DNA of 62,964 nt, counting the filler, from Collodictyon triciliatum (Eukaryota): NCBI GenBank assembly GCA_043381765.1. It is 7 parts of 7 records of this genome, joined end to end, with 100 filler letters (N's around TTAATTAATTAA, not from the genome) between each part and the next. Parts side by side here need not be neighbours in the genome. Positions count along the whole stretch, not along the records: positions 1 to 9,554 come from JBHJMP010002674.1; positions 9,655 to 17,780 come from JBHJMP010002677.1; 5 more parts are not named here. One strand, written 5' to 3'. Numbering within the stretch: position 1 is the stretch's first letter; each line of letters begins with the position of its first letter. The notes under the pieces are model-generated. The model searched no databases. It saw nothing but the letters and a program-made list of their open reading frames with translations, and had not been told where the DNA came from. Positions 1 through 10,903 of this stretch are shown in pieces. Position numbers and translations under genes: made by a program.

Positions 1-29
1 ACACACATGAGTTCAAGTGAAGGTGCAAG

Positions 30-139
<110 letters not shown>

Positions 140-185
140 GAAAGCGTTCGTTTGATATACTTATTCTGTCCTAGTCTTTCTTTAG

Positions 186-3100
186 GGTAAAGTTCATGTA
201 TAATGACTTTTTTATACATAGTGGGAAGCGAAGCCGTTCGAGGCTTTGGATTGCGTGACTGCACTGTTACTGTATCATGTGCTGCTGTTGGTGAATACCA
301 GTTCAATAAGTATATGGCTTTGTACTTGTCCAATGGTCAGTGTAAAAAATGATACATAATAACTTTATTTCTGATATTTATTACAAAATCGCGATTTTAT
401 GTCCTATTTTCAAGTTTTGAAGTATCGCAATCATATATAAATTGGATTCAAACTCACATTCCAGTTGTGAATATTACAGATAACTTAATTTTTCGATACG
501 TGGGGAAGGCGGGATTACCAGTGGTGAAGCAGCTGAAATGGTTCAAGGTAATACAAAAGCTTCAGTCATCTTTATTCAAAATGCCACAATTTTCTACCAA
601 CAATAGGAGAAAGCATTGATTATGTTTCAAATTAAAATAGAAATACATAGCTAATATTTTATTTTGGCAGGACCAATCGAAAAGAATCGTCTCCATGACA
701 TTCAGTCATGATGTAGATTGGTTTTTGTGCATTTCCACAGATTGCTCAATCATCATTCTACCTACACAACTCATTCTGCGCCAAGATGCCTCCGTTGAAC
801 AGTACTCTACAAACATACCACGAACTGCGCAGCCAATGTCACCTGCACGTTCGATTGCACCAATTGCGATGTATGTAACTCTTTATCCATTTTTTAAAAC
901 AAATATTTCCAAATTGTAATTTATATTAAGAAATTTGGGAATCGGAACAGGACATCCACATTTGAGGAAGAGGACAAGGCTAATACAAGATCAAACGCTG
1001 ATAGATGGTATTGTAATCTATAATGCAAAATCAAACTTAATCATAGTTAGAACATAAATTTATAAGCAATATTTTTTCTCTGCTGAACCCCAATTCAAAA
1101 TTACAATAATGTTATTTTCTTTTGAATATCGTTTTTCATATACTCAATCGTAGGAAATTTCCTTCTTTGTTAAACTTCGCTCGCAGCCAACCTGTACCAG
1201 AGTCAAATGTAATCAACTCAATATGTATCATTACTATTACTAACCATTCTCGAATAAAGGAAAAAACTATTACTAACCATTCTACTCAAAGATATAAAAA
1301 ATTATGAGAAATGCAACACTTATTCAATAAATTGAAAGACATAAAAATATAATGGCATATTAACACAAAAAAGATACCAGCAAAAAAGCCATCTCCGTGG
1401 AGCCATAATGATATTACAATTATACCACCTACCCCAACTCGTGTTGGCACTATAACTGGTTGTCGCTGGTGGCCGTGCCAAAGTGGAGCTGATTATGGTA
1501 GCATAACTTTTGTTTCGTATATCAAGCGAATCTCCTGGAGTTTTTTTTTTTAAAAAAGTATTTACTCAATTTTAACATTTTTTTTTTATTATTATTATTC
1601 TTTGAGCGCAGTGCTGACCGCATCTGTCGAAGGGATTTTAATGGCAATAAATCTGCAAACACATTCTGAGCATATTTTGTCTCGTGTGAAACATCCAATA
1701 GCATCATTTGGATTAGTTACCGATCCCAAAGATAATTATAAGGCAACACTAGCACACATACATTGATGTATTTTTATTTAATGTTCATCTTAAGGCCAAT
1801 ATGCTGGTCAACATTTCCTCATCTATGAAAACCACATATATATCATAATTTGCTTTTCTGTTTGTATTTTGTTTAAAAATACACACAAAAAAAAAAGGTT
1901 TAATCATACATATCACTGATGGACTAACTTTTCATATCAGATGCTTCTAATCCAGACAAAAGGTGGAGGATGCTTTCGACTCCTTTTAGAAGCCCACATG
2001 AACGGAGGGTATGACAACATCATTCAAACGCCAACTCGTACTATATTTTCCACGACTCCCTTAGCCAAATTTCCACAGGTATGTGTTGCATAATTTCTTG
2101 AAGTTAATGGCAATTTAAAATTACCCTCCATACACTTTTCCAGTCAATCTTAGATTATTCTATACCGGCCCTTTTTTTTCTTTTTCTTTTTTCTCACGAT
2201 TTTACAAAACAAATGGACCAGGCACTCACAGTGACCAAGCAAGAAATCCATCAACAACCTGTCTTTGGTAATTCAGCAACAAATATGTATATAAAAGATA
2301 AATGAATTCGGCGGGGGTTTCAATCATTGCCCGGAATCTTTAAGAAAGTTATTGAATAACGATAAAGTCATGCATATTTTCGAGTCAGAAGAACCAAACA
2401 AAAGAAATGCGCTTATGTTACCCTTTCATCGATTGTGATGTATAGGTGTATATCAGCCTGGTAACAACAAGCTTGAAATATACGATGAGGACCTTAACAA
2501 ATACCCTCTGTTTGTGTATCATTTGCCAAACGGAACACTGCAGTATCATGTTACCGAGAGATTCATCTTTGTTGTCTGTAAAGGTGGTTGGTTTATATTG
2601 CACAAAATCATGAATTTCTTCCTTTTTTTTTTTAGATTAACATATTGTAAGTCTCATTTTCTAAAAATTGAACGATACTATAAACATTAGATCAGCATGG
2701 CGAGAAGATTGTGGTGATATCCAATTTGATTGCAGGAACATCATCCGACCAAAGTCATAAATATTCAAAAGCGGCATACCCTGGTTCCACGATAATCATT
2801 CATCTCTTCTCTTTTGTTTCGATGGACTTCTATATGGCAATACGTATCCTATTTCGGTAGTTTCGGCCCATATTTAAGAAAACTCATTTGAACTCCGTAT
2901 CTCTAGCTGGAACTCCGACAAGACAACAAATTGAATCTGTTATGCAAGAATTTCGTATTCATGGTAATCAGGTTTAGTTACCTTTCGACAATATGTATCA
3001 CTGAGTTAATGGCAAAATAAATTAATTTTTCCCCCAAGAAACTTATTTTTCTGTTCATCGTCAAATTAATATGTTCTTACAAGAAATAAAATAAAAAAGA

Positions 3101-4920
3101 CACATAATTAAGGATGTGATATACTCTATCTTACCGCATTCCACTCAGTTAATTGTGGTTTACATATTTTAAGAGCGTTTTGGGTCTTTTTCGAGCACCA
3201 AGAAAGAATAGATTGGCGTGAGTGGATTTATAATCCTTTCATTTGTGTTTATGATCATTTTTTCTCATTAGGAGACTTATTTTTCAAAAAAAAATAATGA
3301 AAAATAATTATAGCGAGGGCTCATCTGAAAATGTGTTCCTGGAAGGTGTATATGTGTGGCTCTCTGATGGAATATACGAACTTCGACCAAAAGTATGACA
3401 CACAATCTTTTCATACACTTTCATAATATTTTCTCAATTATTTTTTGTTTACTTAGCAAACACCTGAGCTGATATTCAAACGCTTGGTTATGGATGGGCA
3501 CGATGTACACGCAGAATCTTTGGGGAAAACAATAGGACTTGACCTGTTGGGGCTATATGAGGAGCTTGCAGACGAAACTTTCGAGCGGGGAGATTTCGAT
3601 AGAGCCTTACAGTAAAATATTTCATTTTCTAAAATATTTACAAATTCCTAATTATCTAAAAAATAATTTCTCTCTTTTCATTTGCTTTTATCGGCAATAA
3701 TTGTATAAATAACACTACAGGTTGTACAACCTATCCAATGTATCAACCTCAAAATTGATATTCAAATTTATTGAAAAAGACCGACTTGATGTTGTCATGT
3801 CAATATTGAAGAAATTATTATCTGATCGAGAGGGTTAGTTATTCATCTGAGATTATGCACTGGCGATGTTGCACCTAAATAATTTATTTATATTGTCTAG
3901 CTCTTCCCATCGCATTGTCTCGAAAACTATCCGATGTGACCCTCCGCTGTTACATTTATATGCTTTTGTCCACGAGTTCGGAAAAAGAGGATTACGTAGT
4001 TACTTTTATTACAATTATTAATCAAATCAGACCAAAACATATTAGATGCACACTATAGTTATTGGAGTAATACTTGTTTTCTTTGAATAAAAAACAACCA
4101 GGTAATTTTTTTCTTAAAAACCAGGTACAGAAAAGGAATGAATTTGCATCGTTCCTTAGGGAGAATATCGATTACAACGCAGCCAGTGCTTTAATTCATT
4201 TGATATCTGCCGGACTTAAAGATCAGTTTCTCAACGTAAATGGAAAGCCCAATCATTGAATATATTTTAGTATTTAAAAAAAATTGGCTCACAAGTTCCA
4301 TATAAAAATTGGCAAATAAAAGGTTGCACATTATCGTGAGTTGATGCCTAGGGCGTTGAGTATGTTGGTCAATAGAGGAAACCTGAAGATTGGTTCAAAT
4401 GAATTGGGTTATTTATTGGTATATGGGTTATTCTTTATTTTTATGTGTGTTTTCTTTTCAAAATGTGTGAAGCAAGCGAATAAGGAAAAAGAAATAATTA
4501 TCCTATACTCTTCAATATCATAGGAAAAAGGGTACGGGGATCTCCTTCAGGTTTCTGCTGATGGAATTCTCTTGGATTGTTTAAGTGTATCGAAGCAGTT
4601 GCAGGTTGGTATAAACTCCAAACAAGCTGCTTTTCTAAAATTATGTAACTATCAATCTCATTTTTAGAATTCAGCATGATACATCTGAAAAATGTATTAT
4701 AGGTTATAATGGAGGACGTTCGAGGTGTTACATCCCATTACAATAGACTAAATAACTTACTTCCACTACTTCAAAAGAGAGAGTTGGTTAGTCTATTCCT
4801 TTCTTTATAGTTTTTAAAAAAAATTCAATTCAAATTTCATTTTCTTGAGGAAACATCATAAGAAGCATTCTTTTATTCTCAGGTGCTATCTCTGTTTATA
4901 AGCATTATTATTATTACTGC

Positions 4921-4980
<60 letters not shown>

Positions 4981-7900
4981 TACTATTACTATTATATGGT
5001 GCACCACCCGATGCTCACAGTTTCTCAAAAGGGCACTCAATAAATTAAAGCCAGTAACAATTTTTCACCCAATACCAGGGATACTCTATCCAGTACTATA
5101 TGAAAATAATTTATAATGAATCTTATTGACAAGTACAGATGGAACTTGCAAATTTTCTCGACCCGAACGGAAAATCCTTCCCTCAGCTCGCACAGAAGCT
5201 TCACGAAGATATCACGCGTCGCTTTGGCGAGACGCAGCCGTTAGTGGAGTTGGAAGAGGTCCTTTTTTTTTATTTTTTAATTAAAACCTTCATTCCGTTT
5301 CAATTGTAAATTTATCTTTCAGAAAATGTACCCATGTGCTCACCGATATTCAAAATACCCATCCTGATGCTTAGAAAGTACCTTTGCGAGTCGATGCTTT
5401 GGTTGAGCTTTATCTAAGTGTTCTTCTTGCCTGCTCTTCGATTCATCAAGATGAGCCCATGCAGCCTTTTCTCCAAGCACCACAGCTCCAAACTCCCTCT
5501 ATCGACCGAATCGGTGCGCCAGATTTCTGTAATTTTTTTCTTACTTAACTGCCTTGATGGTATCTACATCCACATATACACAAAAATTATACATATTAAC
5601 ATATTTACAAAGAATTTTTGAACTAATAAACCTGTGAGAGTTAAAATCTCTAAAAAATAACAAATGATTAATTAATACCATCAGCCAGCAAACCAGAAGA
5701 AGGACCAAAACCTTGCCGTATTAGTTGTGGTTGGGCACATAGTGCGCTTGTGACAAGTACAGAAACACCTGCTTTATCCTTATTTCTTGACTATCGCTAC
5801 ATTTTAAAGTAGCCTATCGTCAATTTTACAATCCCTACCTCAATATGCGTTCTTCATCTTCAAGAAAGATTTATACTCAACTATCGTTACAGCAAAAGGT
5901 GCTATATACACTACTGGCTCAAATGACTTTGGACAGTTGGGACACGGAAATACAAGAGCGTATTTACAATTTACCAGAGTGATGAGCTTGAAATCAACAA
6001 AGATAGTCGATGTTTGTTGCGGAGCAGAGCACACAATTGCCCTAGGAGGTTCTTTACTTATATATTGTCTCGCTAATATATAGCTGAAGAATCACATTCT
6101 TGTCTTTAAATATGAAGGCTTTCGAATGATATAGTTTGATGATGAATTCAGACAATATCATTCTCCAGATAACGGAAATGTGTATGTTTGGGGTCGTGGG
6201 CAGCACGGGCAATTGGGACTGGGCTTACCTTTCCACCAACACGTCCCTCGGATTCTTGACCCTGCTTTGTTCAATGGGAAAGTAATCGCCGTCACGTGTG
6301 GCCATTATCACTCTATTGTGTTGACAGGTTTTGTTTCCTAGAACTATACATTAGAGTGCAACATTAAATTGTTTTTGTGCGCTACATCACCAAAATCTTT
6401 ATCTACATTTAATTATAAGGATGTACATTTTTAATCAACGAACCCACGGAACAGAAAAGGGATGCGTGTATTCATGGGGTTCAAACAGCCATGGACAAAT
6501 AGGCATTGGAGCAGGAAATAGAAAAGCATCCTTCTCGGAAACACGCAGTACAAGTCGGCCGGGGACTGTGACCGAAATACGGCTTCCTATGAGCCCCGAG
6601 CCAAAAAGCGTTGATTTCAAAAACGACCAACTTTTTCCAGTTCATATAACGAACTTGGATGGGCGTCATATTGTCAAAATAGCTGCCGGGTTCTGTCATT
6701 CTGTTGCACTTAGTGGTAATTTTCATTATGAACAAATCTACTCATTCCAGTTGTCAATTAATGAAAGACGGTCTTTGAAATCATCTCGATTTATAATTTT
6801 TTGCATTTCACCTTCATCTTTTCAGAAAATGGGGATATATACAGTTGGGGTGGCGGTCAATCTGGACAACTTGGATTGGGTTCAACACGAGACCAATACG
6901 CACCCCAAAGGATTGATACTGGAGGGAAGAGATTTGTGTCTGTTTCATGCGGAGCTTTTCACACCATCGCTCTGACAGGTTAGTTCGTATTGCCTATAAA
7001 ATACTCATCAAAACGCTCGTAAATTATCTCTAAATAAATGTTTCTTTCTTCTGCTTCGGTATTTATCAAGCAACCAAGAAACACTTTTGATTTACTGATT
7101 ACTTTTCCTCTTTTAATTTTTTTTCAGATATCGGGGGAGTTTACACATGGGGAAAGGGCTCAAAGCACAGACTTGGACATCCCGAAAATCTTGCAGACAC
7201 AATCGTGCCAAAATGGGTGGCAGGTTTACGAGGAGTTTTTGTCCATAAGGCTGCGTGTGGACACTACCACAACATGGCGTTTTCCATGGGTACTCTACCA
7301 ATAACTTTATGGATTTAATTTTCATTAGAGCATTTTCCTTTCCATTTTTCTTTCTTTGTGTGCAAACAAAATATACTGAGCACACTCATTACACAACTTT
7401 GTAGACAGACTAAACTTTGTTTTATATTTCAATAATAGAATCAAGCGAGCTGTTTGTTTGGGGAGAAAACTCTGCCTCTCAACTGGGGATTGGCGTCACT
7501 GAAAATAAAACTGTTCCGACAGTTTCTTCATTTTCATTCCCTGCACCCATAAAAGAGCTGTGCTGTGGAGAAGAATATTCCTTTGTTATCCTAGGTAAAT
7601 CCTGTGAAAGTGTCGGCTCTTGAGTTGGCATTTCGATTTCTGCACCAGACTTTTACAGACACCGTGCTATAGATGTTTATGAATATTGACATTATATTCA
7701 TGGCTTAAGTGATACATGCAATTCAGAAAACAATGAACTCTATTCTTGGGGGCGCGCTGATGGTGGGCGTCTTGGGTTGGGGTTGGTTAGTTTGTCCTCT
7801 ATGGCAAACCCTGCATCTGTAGATCTTTTTTTGGATGGTCCGATTCCTTCTGGATTACATTTCGAAAGTCAGACAGGAAATAGTTCTCTAGGTTTGCTGA

Positions 7901-9428
7901 TTCATCGAGTCTTTCTCTGTTGTTAAACTAGTTGACTTGTACATTAGTTTTTTTGTGATATAGAGATTGCAACCAGGCTCTTCATATCCATTCATTTTCC
8001 TTTTCCCTTTCTTTCCCTCATATTGTATTTTTTTTTCCATTAACCTTTGAAATGAATTTTCATATAAATACTTATTTCGCTTTTTTTAGTCTATGGACAA
8101 AAAGCTTTGGAAGAGTGCCTCCGAGATAGATTTCGGTTTTACAGGCCAACTGTCATGTTGCGTAGATGCTTCGACTGGGTGAATTGGTCTGCAGCTTCCA
8201 TCGTAAGATAGAATCTGAACCAAACCATCGCTTTTCCAACATAATCAACATAACTTCACTAATTCCATGTAAGACACATTCACAAATTACTGCGTAATGT
8301 ATTTTTTTCCGTGTATTGTTACAAAGTATTGTAAGGTATGGATATATAGTTTCCTCTATACTATAAATACTAACATGTTTATATGCCCCATGATTACGAC
8401 ATTTAGATATATGAACAGATGGAGGATTGGCCAGAAGCATTAGAATGTAAATTGAAGGCAATAGACCAAGAAAGCCAAGAGTCAAGAGGAAATCAAATCA
8501 CTGAGGAAAGTATTCAACCAATATTTTCATTCCTTTCCAGGACGAAGAATGACGAAGGTCGTACTAGAGTTCTGCTTCAGGTAAAAGAAGGGAAAGAAAA
8601 AGAACCGGCAAAAATACGGATTATTTGCTGAAGCCTCTTGTTTCTTTTTGTTTCTTTTTAATTTTAAAGATGTAAATATACACCGATGATGCTTTTGACT
8701 ACGTTCAATAGTTAGCAACCGAGTAAATATGAAACAAAACACATTTTTGATTCCTTCTAATACGAGGACTTTAAAACCACTTTATTTCAATAGCTTTTCA
8801 AGTTCTGGAAAGCAACTTCGCTTCCTATTCGCCACCTAGAAAAGTTCCTGCTGGACCACGCAGACTCTCTCATGGTCTGTCTTTTCAAAGAGTGGTTATA
8901 AAATATCGTGGCATATCTACGCTTTTCATTATCATTTTTATCTTTTCAAAACTGTTCATAACTTTCCTACAACCGGAAAATATGATTATCATAACTGGGG
9001 CATGACAGATTCCCATGGCCGCACTATTTGACTTGCCTGAGATGACGGCGCTGCCTTTTTCACCTAATCTTCAGTTCAGAGTCGCATCTTTTATTCTTTC
9101 GAACATGCCGGACCAAGTAGATGATGGTCTGTCTCTATAGCCCAGAACAGAGATACTGCGGCACTGATTTATGTCATTTCTTTATATCTGTTCTAGTATT
9201 GGCCATGAAGATTATATTATGACTATCTGCAAAGGCGATGTATGTATATGAAAAGGTAAACTGATTTTTTCCTCTCTTTTGCATATCAAAGGGCAAATCC
9301 CACATGAGCGTCTCTGGACAGAAATCAAGACCAACCTCGAGAAGGACATCGACCTGCGCACCCGACTGACCATTCCTTTGGTCACCACGCAGGCCCTCAC
9401 ATCCGACTCCACAACCCCGGAAGAATCA
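186..9428 (+). CDS. Multi-exon RCC1-repeat protein, claret-like architecture (N-terminal beta-rich region, alpha-helical middle, RCC1 propeller, helical C-terminus); partial at both ends
   Basis: GT-AG exons give RCC1 repeats at ~5680-7860 (IYTTGSNDFGQLGHG, VYVWGRGQHGQLGLG, VYSWGSNSHGQIGIG, IYSWGGGQSGQLGLG, LFVWGENSASQLGIG). Upstream exons include GCRWWPC, MLLIQTKGGGCFRLLLE and EELADETFERGDFDRALQLY. The last exon (LWTEIKTNLEKD) ends at a GT donor before the spacer. The RCC1 call is firm; the claret-like label is from recalled architecture only. Confidence 0.8.
1233..1283 (+). mobile_element. Micro-insertion CGAATAAAGGAAAAA with a perfect 18-bp TSD (intronic)
   Basis: ACTATTACTAACCATTCT (1233-1250) + CGAATAAAGGAAAAA + ACTATTACTAACCATTCT (1266-1283). 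Confidence 0.8.
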
Positions 9429-9554
9429 GTAAGGCGCGTTAAATGTAATTACCTGAAGAGCCAATTATATCAAAAAAAAAAAAAAAAAAAAAAAAAGGGG
9501 GAGGGGGGGAAAAAAAAACAAATAAAATCTTAATATATTTAGCGTTGTTTTTTT

Positions 9555-9654
9555 NNNNNNNNNNNNNNNNNNNNNNNNNNNNNNNNNNNNNNNNNNNNTT
9601 AATTAATTAANNNNNNNNNNNNNNNNNNNNNNNNNNNNNNNNNNNNNNNNNNNN
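9555..9654. other. Artificial contig spacer N44-TTAATTAATTAA-N44; also at 17781-17880, 28320-28419, 38846-38945, 49368-49467 and 59890-59989
   Basis: Identical 100-nt layout six times, with stop codons in all six frames; a separate plain N gap lies at 47788-48056. Confidence 0.97.
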
Positions 9655-10712
9655 GGAATTTTATAAATAAAAAAAAAAAAAAAGATTTTTTTTTTTTTTT
9701 TTATATTTAAATTATAAAAAAAAAAAAAAAAAAAAAAAGCTTAGAACTTATAATATCATTTTTGGCTCGTTGCCATGAAAAGTTGGATCTCAATTTCATT
9801 TGATCGAATCTATATTTAGGTAATATTTTAAAGGGAAAAAACCTTTGCAGCAAGCATCACATCTTCATAGTAGTTTGTGTATGTCCATTTTTTCCATTTC
9901 CCCTCGGCTTTTACGCACAAGGCGTATGCAGACGGATATCTAAGAAAATGGATCACTATACTTTCGATAATATATTACAATAATTGTAGCTTGTAATTGA
10001 TCTCGCCGATGTTCTGATTATGAGCAGTTTGTATAAAAAAATACGACGAATCAAGAGTTACTTCTCCACTGTCTGGCGAAAAAACTGGGGTACAGTCAGA
10101 GACTCAGACTCTGGCAGTTTCGAACGCTGTGGTCTTGGTGGCATTTTCTCAGTATCAATCCAGTCGCTTCAACTCCTTTGCTCGCCTATCCTTCTTCTCT
10201 CGGCCGGTTACTGAATGTTATGAACCATTAGACTTTTTATTGAACTCTTGCGCTATTTTTTACAGCCTCGGTCAAGTCCGGGTCCACATGGCACGCGAGA
10301 CAGAAACCCCTGGCTGGGCATTGGTCTTTGACTCTGGCATCAATCGCCTATCCAACCCACGAAACAGCATTGGCTTTATCATACGCGGGCTTGAACGCGG
10401 TTTTGATTTAAGGATGGAGTCAAGGGTTGGAGCGAGCCGGCGAATCAGTTTTGCCGCGGAATATAACTCACTGGCCCACGACTGCAAGTTGTCCTGTACC
10501 ACTGCTTTGCGCATGGTCAGAAACTTGTTCCGCTTTAGCTCCCCCAACCTGGCCGGTTTGACACATTCGCCCGCGCTCCGTTGCGCCGTTTTTCTCCAGC
10601 TGGAAACGCGCTTGTTGGGAATGAACCGAAGAGGAAGTGCCGATTTTGGTAATTTCAATATGTGGAATATATAATATTATTCATTTTTAAAACTTATAGT
10701 CATCAATTTTAT

Positions 10713-10873
10713 ACATGTTTTAATTATTTTTTTCCTTTATTCGATTCAAAGTGCAGTGAGGCTATGCCATACAAAGGGGCGAGATAGCTGCGCCAGGAAG
10801 AGAGCAAACGCCAGTAGAGAAGACGCTGCTGTATTGGACGATGCTTTCAAGCGTAGTAAACATATTTTAATTA
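10713..10873 (-). mobile_element. 133-nt poly(A)-tailed retroposed insertion (10727-10859) with a 14-bp target-site duplication; longest copy of the micro-insertion family
   Basis: On the minus strand it ends ...CACTGCACTTTGAATCGAATAAAGGAAAAAAA. Flanked by ACATGTTTTAATTA (10713-10726) and ACATATTTTAATTA (10860-10873), one mismatch. Confidence 0.75.
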
Positions 10874-10903
10874 AAATTTTGAACTTATATATGATATATG
10901 TAA

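Noticed and set aside
1743-1940. Possible GC-AG intron (AAG|GCAACA) in the RCC1 gene
   Set aside because: An in-phase GT donor (TTA|GTTACC) lies a few codons upstream; cannot decide without transcripts
9599-9610. TTAATTAATTAA palindrome recurring about every 10 kb
   Set aside because: Assembly spacer embedded in N runs, not biological
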